A program made the position numbers and the translations under genes. From Hypanus sabinus (taxonomy: Eukaryota): a stretch of DNA of 64,000 bases. The stretch covers positions 93,992,001 through 94,056,000 of the forward strand of contig NC_082714.1 in the NCBI RefSeq assembly GCF_030144855.1. Direction: 5' to 3'. The first letter of the stretch is position 1. Each line of letters starts with the position of its first letter. Shown here piece by piece: positions 25,141 to 37,899 of this stretch. The notes under the pieces were generated by a model, which made no database searches, had not been told where the DNA came from, and saw nothing but the letters and a program-made list of their open reading frames with translations.

Positions 25141-25453
25141 CTACCGTCACGCAAATTGCTGATGTCATTTTTCTTCTTTATGAATCAGTGTAATTAGTGA
25201 GGTTACAGGGTCCCGGAGAGAGGGAAGCGTTGGCGGATGGTGTTTGGATAAGGAAGAGGATAATGACGGGTGATCATTGTGAAGTGTACTGTAGTTCTCT
25301 TTCATTGAGGAAGTACAATTGTTGGAAAACGCCGAATCACATCACCTGATCCTGCATCCTCCTTACTTCAAGTTGACTTTCATTCAACTACTACAAAAGC
25401 TTTACAGGCTACTCAACTGTGACTGTTCACCTAAGCCTCTTGAGCCAAAGTCG
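25141..25453 (+). pseudogene. Decayed V(J)-like exon, homologous to 42277-42531 and 56595-56839
   Basis: 73-nt GT-AG intron 25068-25140, then ATVTQ..QGPGE..HIT..NYY(K)..F.*AS*AKV and phase-1 donor G|GTAATC. The intron and exon start align by eye with the two minus-strand copies. Confidence 0.45.
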
Positions 25454-26189
25454 GTAATCTCCGGTGTCTCCACTGGTAAACCATACCGCCAGGCTACTCT
25501 TAGTCGTGCCTTGTTGGTCCTGCAAAAGCTTCGCCCCTACTCGAGTTATCAGTTTGCTTTTTCTCACTTCGAAAAATACGCTAAGCGCCTCTATTACCAC
25601 GTGGGAAGGCGAACCGCTTACGCAAAGGCAAAGAAAAACTGGCTGCCAAAACAAGGGATAGGCGGGAATAAAATGAAAACAAGTTATGTAAGCAGCCGCG
25701 TTCAAAATTTAAAATAGATCAAAAGAATGCCAAAGTCCAAATCAACCAAACCCGTTTCTCACTTTCACACTCTTCCAGACAGCGGTAAAAGTCGTTCCGA
25801 AGTCTGCTACCCCAGCACCAGCAGGATGAACAGGCGCTCAGCGTGCAGAGGTTCCGTTGTCTTAGACGTGATAAGCGAGAAAAATGAAAGGAGGAGATGT
25901 GGTGTTACTACTCAGAGAAAATAATAGTCAGTCAGGAAAGAATGGGGAGCTCATCTAACGAGGGTTTATGGGTAGAACCGAGCAATAAGAAAGGTAGACT
26001 CACTTTAATGGGTTTATATTATACACCACCCAACAATCTGACGAACAGCGTTCTGGTCCTGTTCAGACTGTGGATGTCATATTTCAACCAATGTTTATGG
26101 TGGGGAAAAATTCTGAATGACTTGGTGAGTACACACTCGTCTACGACTGTTTTAAAGTCCGTGACAACTGTTCTTCTTTATTTATGTAT

Positions 26190-27960
26190 TTATTCAATTT
26201 CAGAAATTACAAAGATTAAATGTGATAATAAAATAGTAAGAAAAATAATATTAACCCTCTCCCTCCCTTTAACCCTGCCCCCCTTATCCCTTATCTAAAG
26301 AAAGAAAAAAAGCAAAGAAGAGAAAGATTGCCTGGATATTGGAGGGTCCCCACATGCTCCATGGAGTTCAAAATAATTTTTATATTTATTTTTACTTTCC
26401 CCAATTACTTTATAATTTTATCTTCAAAGGACCTATGTATTTAATCCTATCTTTTGTAAGTATGGGAACCAAATTTTCAAAAAATATATCATATTCATTT
26501 CTTAGATTATACGTATTTTGTTCGTGGAATACAACTATGTATTTCATTATTCCAACGATCCATAGTTAAATATAAATCGGATTTCCAAGTAACTGCAATA
26601 GCTTTTTTGGCTACTGCCAATGCAAGTTTTATAATTTTTTTCTGATACTTATTCAATTTAAGTTTCGGTATTGTCCCTTCAATGTCTAATAATAAAAATA
26701 ATAGTGGACTATGTGGGAGTTGTACTCCAGTAATTTGTTCGAATAAAACTCTTAAATTTATCCAAAATGGTTAAATTTTAAAACAAGACCAAGTAGAATG
26801 TAAAAGAGTACCAGTTTCTTGATTACATCGAAAACATTGGTCAGACACATTTGAATTTAATCTGTTTATTTTCTGTGGTGTTATATATAATTGATGTAAA
26901 AAATTATATTGTACTAATCTAAGTCGAACATTTATTGTATTTCTCATACTATCAGAACATAATCTTGACCAGTTTTTCCATCAATTTTAACATTCAAATC
27001 AGATTCCCATTTTGCCTTGATTTATGAATTCCTGATTTAATTGCCTGTTTTTGAATCAAATTATACATACATGAAGTAATTTTTTCAATTTTTCCTTTCT
27101 GAATTAATATATATATTTCACTAGGTTTTGGTATCAACATTGTTTGACCCAGCTTTTCTCGTAAATAGCAGAAAATAACAGAAAAGTGTGTTATTTGATA
27201 TTTTATATTTATTTTTAATTGATCAAACGACATCAATATACCTCCTTCAAAACAATCACCTATATATTTAATCCCCTTTTGGAACCAATTATGTAAAAAA
27301 AGTTTATTATTCATTGTAAAAGGAATAAGCCAATTTTGAATTAAAGTTCTTTTTGCTAATAAAGATTTCTCTATCTCATCGTCCATATTTACCTTATTCT
27401 ATAAATCAATCAAGTGTCTTAATATAGGATATCATTTTTTCCCGTATCCATTTGGATTCCCATTTATATATAAAATCTTCTGGTATGTTTTCTCCTATCT
27501 TATCTAATTCTATTCTAATCCATGTCGGTTTTTCTTCATCAAAAAATGACGCAATACATCTAAGCTTATTTGCTTTATAATAATTCTTAAAATTTGGAAG
27601 TTGTAACGCTACTAAATCAAATTTATATGTTAATTTTTCCAATGATATTCTTGACATCTTTCCTTTCCAAAGAAATTTCTTTACATATGTATTCAGTTCT
27701 TGAAAAAAACTTCTGAGGTAATAGTATTGGTAAAGTTTGAAATAAATATTTCAATCTAGGAAATATATTCATTTTTACAGCATTAACTCTACCTATTAAT
27801 GTTATTGGTAACATCATCCATTTATCAAGATAATCGTTTATATTTATAATAACGGCAAATAATTTTGTTTATATAAATTTTTACATCATTATCAACTCTA
27901 ATACCTAAATATTTTATCCCATTTATTGACCATCGAAATTGAGTTACTAATCGACATTGA
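26190..27960 (-). mobile_element. L1-clade LINE ORF2 3' portion, degraded
   Basis: LPITLIGRVNAVKMNIFPRLKYLFQTLP, LQLPNFKNYYKA, WFQKGIKYIGD; AATAAA-rich 3' end near 26180-26200. Confidence 0.85.
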
Positions 27961-28569
27961 TTATAATTTCCTTGAGTAAGGGGTAACGTGACAACAGTTC
28001 TGTATTCATTCAGATACTCAGATGTGTCATTGAACGCTGCCCAGTCTGGGACTTATCCCATCAACCGCTTTTTGACACCGTCTCTTTCTTGTTCTTAGCT
28101 TTGCAGCCTTCTGTTGAACCTCTGCCTGTATACAGGATGGAGAAGAAATCAGTGTGCAAGTGATCAGATTTCCATAAATGGGGTCTTGTCAGGAAACAGT
28201 AGGTATTCCTTGTTTTAATATATCAATGATATCTTGTGTTGGGATGCCTTGCTTTACAGATGGTATGTTGATGAAAATTGGGCAGAGACTTTTTTCAAAT
28301 AAGCCTGACGGAACAGACTCTGATTTGAAATCCGTCGGGTGACGGTGTCCGTTTTGGTGATGGCAGTCGTCAATATCTTGCGTGTCTGGTTAATGCCGGC
28401 TTGTACTGTATACAAATTGCGGCCATGATCATGGAGGAGAACACTGCTGATAAGTAGATTGGTGGGTACTCAATCGTTAGATATTCCAGGCCAGGGGAAC
28501 TAGAGACTAGACAATTAGCATATCCGAGCACCACAAAGAATTTATGATGAAACACAGACCCCCCACATT

Positions 28570-30440
28570 TTTTCTTCGCCAGTTCAGTACTCCTGTCTAT
28601 CGGGAAGCCTTCCGGCGTGTCCAGTGTGAGCCATGTGCAAGTGAAGCACAGAACAGAGCAAATTCATTTCCGTCGGAAAGAGTAATCCGACAGTAAGATC
28701 CATTCTCGTTTTCTGGCGACTGAACACTTGTTAACAAGATGTTCGGTGGTGGTGGTGGTGGTGGGGTCGGCGTTGGGGGAGGTCTCATTCCGCTGCATTT
28801 CAGCCGCGACTGGAGAACAATTACGTTTGTGATGCAGATCAGTTGAGATTTCATTGAAAATTGTTTTAAGACGGATGGCTCAGTTGTATTGGTATCAGTT
28901 TATTGTTAGACGGTGTAAAGATTATTTTGCATGCTGTTCATACAGATACAATCTCATTACTTACTGCATTGAGCGAGAACCAGGTAAATCAATAACTGCG
29001 CTATTGACTTCATCCAAGCCCGGCTGCGAGAAATGGAGGGTGGGGCATGAGGCGAGAAAACCCATCCTGTAAAATCCTAGACCAAGAGAAACTCCAACCG
29101 AATCTCCAAAGACCGCTTCCCTGGGAGAGGAAGATCTTCGACAGGAAAATGTATGAGGTAAGGTAGTGAGAGCCGAAGTCACAAAGTCGATCAATCTCTG
29201 GCTGAGGACAGCTCTCTGGAGAGCTTCTGTCGGCGGCCATGTCCATTTGGGGTGATGGGCATAAGAGAACGTAACCAATTACGATACAGAACGACGATGG
29301 ATTTTGACAAGAACCACCGTGGTGTCAATTATATTCATATTAAACTGAAACTCCGCTGGTTTCCTTGGCTGCAGAAGTCTGGGAAGACACATTCTGGTCC
29401 CGCCAAACCCGGGAGATTGAGACGGCTCTCCTGCTCCAAAAGACGGTTTGTGTGGATGCTGTGTAATTTGCAAACCCGCAACAATTCAGTGCCAAGAAAC
29501 AACAAACAGCACACTGCATACGATTAAAGAGATACATTTATAAATCTTAACTAAAGCGTTAGTGAAGGAAACAAACAAAGAAATAAAAAACAGGAAGATC
29601 CTATTACAAGTAAATAGTCAAAGGTTCACCAGTTGGAGCTCAATGCACCGATTCTTGGTCGATTTCGCCGTCCGGCTCCTTCTAATCACAATCTCCCCAA
29701 TGGGTTGTGTCCGACGACCGATTCTCCCCAGCGTTTGCTCTGTTCATCTGACACCAAACGATCGACTCAACTCACATTCCAAAGCATCCTTTATCTCGAA
29801 CCATAACCCAAACACTGCTTCTGAAGAAAGGCCAATAACTTAGCAGGGAAACCTTTCTTAGGGTTTTACAAACCTAGAGAACCGATGGTCATTCCATTCC
29901 CATGATTTTTCATGAAGACAGCGCAGAGAATCTGAAAACTGTATTTCACAAACAAAAAAATTAAGGACAGACATGTTTAAAGTGAACGAAATGTGGATGT
30001 GTTTCCGTGGGAGAAATAAGTGAATCTATCTCAATTCAAAGAACGGGAAGAGAGTTTCAACGTGATTGATCAACGTTTCAGGTAAGATGATGCCTCTTGC
30101 ATTCAACATAAAACCTGGTTAATCTGTCATTGTTTTAAAGTTCGGTGGTTGCGGATCCAATTTAGTTTTATTAAGGCTTCTGTTCATTATTCCATACATC
30201 AATGGTGTAACGCATAGTTTTGTCAGTTGCTGTCGCTTTCCCGTCAGCTCTCATTAGTATGGTCATGATGCTCTGACCTATCTCATTAACAAGGTGCTTT
30301 GAACCACAAACCTGACGTTCTTGTTTTTTTGCACCATTCGCTATACACGTCAGAGAATTTTGTGCCAGAAAATCCAGGAGATACTCAGTTTCCAAGATAC
30401 CCAAACTGGCACTCACAATCATGTCAGGTTTAATGCCACT
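28570..30440 (-). pseudogene. Up to three decayed C1-set-like exons
   Basis: About 30440-30115: SLTCIANG..(WFK by shift)..RADGKATAT..VWNN..NHRTL. 29458-about 29150: phase-1 ASTQTVF..EPS..GGTRMCL....QP. About 28900-28570: EPSV..QLIC..NGSY..FTC. All contain stops or frameshifts. Confidence 0.3.
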
Positions 30441-30844
30441 TAGATCATCATTTTGATGTTTGGTCTCAACAATAAAGAACCTCTTTACAATGTCTGAATT
30501 CTTCTATGGATTGAGTTGCTGCCACATGATCTGTCGATTAGATATTTGCATGAATGATCAGCAATACGTAATAAAGTGGGCACTGAGCGTTTGTATTAGT
30601 TGTGGGTATAATATACTGGCGTCCAAAGCATTACGACTTCTGCCATGAGGAAGCGGTAGAAGGCAGCCATCACGGGTTGTAATCGGCAAACCAGGTTCAA
30701 TGGTGAAGATACGTGAGATTCCAATTCCTGCATCCCTTCAGCCTTGGGAAGGAAATTCACAGAACAGAAGAACATGATATGGCGTTCTCGGAATTGACAT
30801 CTATGAAACAGAGTAATAATGGCAGAAGGTCATTGCGGAATCAC

Positions 30845-31344
30845 AAAAAGAAAGAAAATCCTTTTATTTCTCGAAGAGCATTCGTGGGATTGATGTCCAA
30901 TCTGCTTGGAGACAAAACGTGAATATTGAATGCTGGGCTTCCACCGTTCAGTGCGATATCGTTCATACGCCCCGCAAATTTCCTTTCGGAATTCCCTTTG
31001 GATTGCTGATATCCCATGAATTACCATTTTTGCTGATGCTTATAAATTCATAATGGTGTTCGGAGGCCAGTCGTAACTTCCAGAATTAGCATGGAAGAGT
31101 TAAGGGTGTTCCTCAGGCAATACCGTGCATACAAGAGAGACTAGTCAGTCCATAGACCCTGTGACGTACCAGCGGAAGAAGCAGTTCGACCCTACAGGTC
31201 TCCCAAGCGAAGAACAGGACCGTTTCAAAACTACCAGAATCTACTTCCCTCCAATCACACTCCGTCTGGCTAGTAGCTTAAGTACTTTTTACTGATATCC
31301 TTACCACCTTATGAAAACACAACTGATAATGTGGCATTTCCCAT
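30845..31344 (-). pseudogene. Decayed leader plus germline-joined VJ exon
   Basis: Leader MGNATLSVVFS*G with phase-1 donor G|GTAAGG (31344-31305); 146-nt intron; exon 31158-30845 reads (G)VYGLT..IA*GTPLTLPC..GIP..TISH*TVEAQHSIFTFC..MLFEK*KDFLSF, then T|GTGATT exactly 10 codons after the J Phe, as in the other two VJ exons here. No canonical Trp41 is visible. Confidence 0.5.
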
Positions 31345-32089
31345 CCTCGAGATACGCTAAATTGCGTTAAAACTTAATAAAACATACAAACGATCCTGCA
31401 TAAATGAAAAGAAAACAACTGTTACTGAGCAATGTATCACGGATTCAAATCATTGTGACTGAGTGTCCGACTCCATAGAAAATCTTGCATTTCACAACAC
31501 AGACTTCTGGACACGGTGGTATCATCAGATGGACAAGAATTCCGAAGATGCTTCAGAGCAAAAACACACTTCGACTCGCACACACATTCGCATACGCACA
31601 ATGCAGGAGGACAACAATGGAAAGGAACAGAGTCAACGTTTTGGTTCGAGTCCCTTCATCAGGATAGATGATGCGAATTTTCGTAAACGACGATTTTATT
31701 TCTATCCGTAGATGCTGCTTGACCTGCTGAGTTCCTCCAGAAGTTTGTGTGTGTTGCTGCAGTTTCAAATTAACTGGGGAATGCTAACTGGAGAAGAAGA
31801 ATAGTTAAAGGCGGCGAGCAAAGATTAAAAATCACTGCGATACATCATTATTAGTTTAGTCCTGAAGAAAGTTCTCGGCCGGAAACATCACTGATATTAT
31901 TTTCCATAGATGTTGCCTAGCCTGCTGACTTCCTACAGCATGTTGTTCGTGTTGCTTTGGATTTCCAGCATCTTTAGAATTTATTGTTTTGATAATTTTG
32001 GTGCCGTACAGATCTCTGATTTGTCCTCAGATCTTTATATTCCATTTAACGTTTACATACAGTTGGTATTCTATACCGTCACAGTGTGA

Positions 32090-32470
32090 TCCGGGTCAAT
32101 TTTGACACTGTCCAAGAATCCCCTCATAAGAAGTCTCTATATCAAATGTTGAACTACAGATCTATTCAGAATGTATAAATAGCCTACTTGACATTAATAA
32201 ATGGGTGATTAACCCTCTAATTAATGTTTCAGAGATGCAAAATTCATTTGAACAGGTACGGGTCAAATTTGACCCGAAACGGTCTCAATGTACACATTTT
32301 GGAGCACCTGTACAAAAGTATAAAATTTTTAAACAATTCAAATTTTGCGCATTTTGAGTCACTTTAGGAAAAGTCATCAAATCTCGGCAAAAAATGTCCT
32401 TCAGGGTGTTTCTGCTGCTGTCAAATGTCAAAACGAGTGAAATGTGACCCGAACAGTTTGTAAGGCCGAA
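32090..32470. mobile_element. Possible piggyBac-like MITE remnant
   Basis: Perfect 18-bp palindrome CGGGTCAAATTTGACCCG at 32259-32276, degenerate copies at 32093 and about 32440, TTAACCCT at about 32208. Confidence 0.35.
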
Positions 32471-35244
32471 ATATCAGGCACATTCTCATGGACACCTCTA
32501 AGATAGTTGACTGCCTAATTCAGACGCAGCATGGGCCTTTCAGGAAGACGATGTCTCTTTCATGGCCCTGCGAGTTTCTGCACCTGTATTTGCTAATACC
32601 TTTCGTATCTAGTGTCGTTAACCATTATTCTTTCTGTTTCATCTTGTCATGTTTATTTTGACTGGCACGGGTTTTCTGCGTACTGATATTATTTAAGGCG
32701 GATACCTCATTTTCACTTATGGTCGTGCCCTGATTTTCGGAGAATGATTCATCTCGTTGTGTTGCTCCGACAAACCATCAATATTCTGTTGGAATTACTA
32801 TGAATGCACATTTGTTTCTGTCCCTACATGAGAGTCTGTCGTTCCTCCGCACCTGGGTTCATTCGTTTGTCAGCACACACAGTGGCAGTCGGATCCTGAG
32901 CCACAAATGCACCCAGCGGAGTTTCAACAGTCGCTTGGATACAATCAGCAAGAGGCGATCGTCACTTACATTTTCAGTGCTCGTGTCGAGGCTCTGTTAT
33001 GAGTTTTCCTGTGATTCCCAGTGACCTACAGCTTTCCGAAGAATATTCAGTATTCCTGAGTTAATGCCATGCTTCCGATGTAATCGAGAGCATCAGGTCT
33101 GTCTCGAGTTTACCAGTCCAGACTTCAGAATATCAGCTGTTTCGCAAATTTCCAAGCACCTTGTCGAGAGCATCGTGTCTGTCTCGAATTCACACGCCCT
33201 TTCGCGAGTAATCTAGGGCTCCTTGGGATGTCAGGTCCCAGCGTTTTGGAATGCTGTATTTCCATGAGCCGTACGGGGCTGTGAACGTGTCTTTGTTAAT
33301 TGTTGTTTTATCTAGAGTTATTAAGCCATTTTACTTTCTGTTTAATCTTGTCTTGTTTATTTTGACTGACACGGGTTTTCTATGCACTATGGAATTCTAA
33401 AGTAGACTCCCCATTGGCATTTAATGCGGTCTCCTGGTGCGTCGAGAAGGTTTAGACTCGCTGTTGCTCAGTCAAACCATTGAAGTTCTCGTTAGAATTC
33501 TTATCTAAAACTGTCTCGATATGGGAGTCTGTGTATCGTACTTACCTGGGATCAGTCATTTTTCAGTGCATGTCATGACAGTCTAATAGTTGGAGCTCCT
33601 TGCTTAGTGGGTTCAAATTCCAGACAAATAGAATGATAACGAATTGAAGTGATTGAATCGTTAGACAGGTCTGGAACTCTCTTACTGAAAGGCCCTTGGT
33701 GCTGAAACTCTTTATGAGAGGCAGCATCAGTTTTCCTTTTCGAAAGTTTAATTATTTCCATCAACAAGACTAAATATGCTCCAGAACAAAAAAAAACGGT
33801 TTTATGTCCGAAGTTTTCAAGGTATATTTCAAAATAACAAATTGTTTCACAGTTGACAGTGAAACGGTAATAAAGGATAGTTGGGGATGGGGGGTTGCAA
33901 TTGAGAAATAAGGGAGCTCGAAGTTCCGCTGGTGAACAAGTGGTGGCAGTACAGAACTATCGAGGTCTCGAGTAGGTACTTACCTGCCAAAGCAGCGTCA
34001 GCAACGCAAAATAGTTAGATTTGCATTTTGATTGCGCCTACCAGAATTACAGCAGCACAGCAAGAGCTTTACACCAGTTGATGTAATCATTCCTGTAACA
34101 TCTTAAGCAGAGCATCATGTGCCTAACCGGATGATCTATTTTACTAAAGTTTTTGTGGGTTCGCTGTTTACACTGTTCACAATGCTCTACTTTCGTTAAG
34201 TGTTGAGTACAATTTAATGGTATAGGAATTAACTTCTTCCACCTTACAGAAATACACTCAGTGGCCACTTATTTAGTACACTTTCATACCAGATCATTCA
34301 TGTAAGTATCGAATCAGTCAATCAAGTGGCAACTTGATTGCATAAAAGTAGGCATATATATTCAAGAGGTTCAGTTGTTCTTTAGGACACACAACGGAAT
34401 AGAGAAGAAAAGTGCTCCAAGCGATTTTGATCAGAATGATATTTGGTGCCAGATGGAGAGGTTCAAGTATTTCGGAAACTACTACTTTATTTGAATTTTC
34501 ACGCACAACTATTACTGGAATTTACAGAAAAATTTGCGAAAAGCAAACAAGTAAACAATTAAGGAAAACCATCAAGTGAGCAACAGTGAGATGGGTTAAA
34601 ACGCCTTGTTAATGAGAGAGATTAGAGGTGAATAGACGGACCGGTTCAAGCTGACAGCAAAGCAACGGTAATCCCATTGTACTAACAGTCTTGTGCAGAC
34701 CACGCATTTCAACAGTGATGAAGAAGGGCATCTCTGAACGCAGAATATGTCAAACTGCAGTAGAAGGCCATGAACATACAGGAAATACCTCATAAAGTAA
34801 TAAGAGTACTGATCCCTATTATATTTCGACCATTGCCTCTTCACAATCTGCCTATTTTGCTGCTGCCATCTAATAACTCGCTGATTTGATTAAATATTGG
34901 ATACGCTGTGGGAGCATAATCATGCCTTCTCGTGAGTCAAGTGAAAGATGATACCCAGAACTGATACACAGGTGCAGTAAAGTAACATGGGGAGAGCTGA
35001 CTATATTTAAATCGGAGGTTAAGAGCTTCTTTATTAGTAAGAGGGATCAAGATTCCATGGAGGAGGCAGGGAATACAATAAATATAATAAAAAAATAAAG
35101 GTTAATAAATCAGCCATGATTGAATGGCGGGTCAAACGTGTTGGGCTGAATCGCCGAATACAGTACCCATGCTTCATGCTTTAAGATTAAGAAATATTTC
35201 TGAAATTTCTCAGTACACATTTGCACTGTCAGTCTCAAAAAAAA

Positions 35245-36490
35245 GTTGAGAATTTAGTGTCAGAAGGATGGGGGGAAGGAAGTAAAAACGCAACGTGATG
35301 GGTGAATCCGGGTGGGAGGGAGGTTTGGGTGGGGATCTGGTGTGTTTTAAAGAGCTGGGAATTTAATTTGTGAAAGAGATACAGAGCTGGCGAGGGGTAG
35401 TGTGGCATGAGTGGACAGAAAGCCATGGGGGGGAAGGACAGGGGTAGGACCAGAGGAAGGTAATGAAAATAATGGACAGATAAGGCGACACAGGGATATA
35501 GGAATGGAGAATGGTGAAGTAGGGGCGGGTGATCGGCATCCGGAAGTCCAAAAAATCGAGGATCATGCATCCAGGTTGAACTGCCCTCGGAGTCCTCCAG
35601 ACTGGGTGTGGCCTCATCCTGACAGTACAGGAGACCACGGACTGACATTCCGAGACTGGAATAGGAAGTGGAATTAAAGTGCGCGGACAGTGGGAGATCC
35701 CGCTTTTTCTTGCTTAGATGCTCATCGAAGCCGTCTCCGAATCTACGTTGGGTTTCACCGATATTCAGGAGGCTACAGCGGGACCACTAGATTCAATAGA
35801 TGACAGCAAAGAGACTCACAGGTGGGAACATCGCCTCACCTGGAAGGAGTGTTTGGGGCCCTGAATGGTAGTGAGGGAGGAGGTGTATGATCAAGCATAT
35901 CACTTGTTCCGCTTGCAAGCATAAGTCCCACGAAGGAAATCAGTGGGTGGGACGAATGGTCAAGGAAGATCAATGATCAACGCGGGAAGCAGAAAATTCA
36001 GAGGGGAAGATGGAAACGTGCTTGCTCCTACGTGATCCCGTAGGAGATGGTGGAAGTTACAGAGAAGCGTGCTATAGGCGAAGGCTAGTTGTGTGATAGG
36101 TGAGGACAAGAGAAATCCTCTCACTGGTAGGGTGGCAGGAGAATAGGGTGAGGGCCGACGTGTTTGAAGTGGAAATGATGCGATTGAGGGGATCGTTGAT
36201 TACAGAGGATGGGAAGCCCCGTTCTTTGAAGAAGGAGGACATCTTCGTTTTTCATCCTGAAAAGTAATGTGGTGGAGATGGAAGGATCGAGAAAAGGTGA
36301 TGGCACTTTTACGAGTAAATGGATATTGAAGAGTTATTGTCCAGGTAGCAGTGGGTTTATTACAGACATCAGTATATAAACCTGTCTCCAAAGATTGAGA
36401 CATAGATATCGCGAAAGGAGAAGGACGTGTCGGAAATAGACTAGATAAATTTGCGGGCAGCGTGGAAGTTGGAGGTAAATTTGATGAGGT
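35245..36490 (-). mobile_element. Penelope-like element (RT end plus GIY-YIG 3' region), degraded
   Basis: GLLYCQDEAT..LE..; TDVCNKPT..HP..F..RRCP-like RT C-terminal pieces. Confidence 0.75.
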
Positions 36491-37899
36491 TCCCAATCAC
36501 GAAACATGCCTGAATTAGTAGAAGACGACAAAGCGTGATAACCCTTCAGGGAGGAAAGAAATAAACAGTCAATGAATTCCTGAAAGAATGTATCGAAGTG
36601 AAGGACAGCACCACTCTTGAGTATGGCCGTTTTCGTAAACTTGGATTTTGTGAATGACCCTCTTGGTGTATACGTGGACTTTAGCAAGTTCCTTGTCAAG
36701 TTCCTTGTCAAGGCTCCCTCCGCATGATAAGCTGGTTCGGAAGCTTGGAAAGCATTTGGCCTTGGATGAGTGTGCCAATCACCTAAAATAAGTTTGTGTG
36801 GCATTGGATTGGGAGCGGTACTGAAGCATCCTTTTACACACTGGAGGACTGCTGTCAATGGAGTACAGCAGGGACATGTACTGACTCTATGATTGCTCGG
36901 TTATAATAATGATTTGGATGATAAAGTAGTTGGCATACTTTGCATGTTGCATTTTCGGATGATAAACTGCAATAACCTGCGCGTCAAATTGCAGGAACCT
37001 GGAGAGTGTTGTTAATAGAGAGACCGAGGGACGTCAGCGGCAAAATGAATGATGCTGAATCACGTTGTGTCCAAACACTTATCAATTCCAACCTGGAATT
37101 TGGCGGGCTATTAGAGAGTGAACTTCATCAGATGTCATTTTTTGACTGAACTGCGTGATAGCACAGTTCCTCATCCTGTATACCATCGCTTAACCCCCTC
37201 CCCATCACCCCCACCCCAACAAAGGTGACAAATGTTACATCTCCTCTGCTTTCAATTCAGTAACGTGTAATCTGATTGCTTCCAATTTCCATAAACTTTA
37301 CAGGGATTGACATCTTCTCAGCCTCAAAGGAAAAATAAATTTTAATCTCAAAGTTCATACATGTCATCATATACGTCTACGGGATTCATTTTCTTGCGGA
37401 CATTCAGAGTAAATACAATGAAGCGCAAAGGAATCAATGAACAACGGCAGACAAAAGGTGGGACAATGAACTAATCTGGAAATACCCAGAAGAATAATAA
37501 AATAAAATCGCAATAAAGATTAGGAACATGAGTTACAGACCTCTTGAAATAGTCCATAGATGGTGGAATCAGTTCAGTGTTGTTGTGAATGAAGTTGTTC
37601 CCGCTTTTTCAAGAGTCCGATAGTAGAGTGTGACAACTGTCCACAACTGTTCATAGTGTTGTGGGATCTCAGGCTCATGTACATGCTTCTTATGACAGTA
37701 ATGCGAAGAGAGCAAGGCTTCCATAGCTGGGTTCGTGGGGAGGGGTGTCCTTGTTGATGGATGCTGCTTTCATGCGATTGCTCCGCTTTAGGTCTGCTCA
37801 GTGGTGGTGAGGGCTTTACCCGTGAATGACTCGGCTTTATCCATTACTTTTTGTAGGTCATTCCGTTCAAAGGTACTGGTATTTCCAATGATACAAGCC

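Noticed and set aside
25106-25453. Alternative reading as a C1 exon (C..GY..P..W at +14) using the acceptor at 25105
   Set aside because: That acceptor is not conserved in the two paralogous copies and would leave a 38-nt intron, whereas the acceptor at 25140 is conserved in all three.
29640-30460. Plus-strand leader-like MHRFLVDFAVRLLLITISPMG and LALTIMSGL..F*C
   Set aside because: Weak donor and no Cys/Trp spacing in between; overlaps a better minus-strand C1-like pattern, so likely chance.
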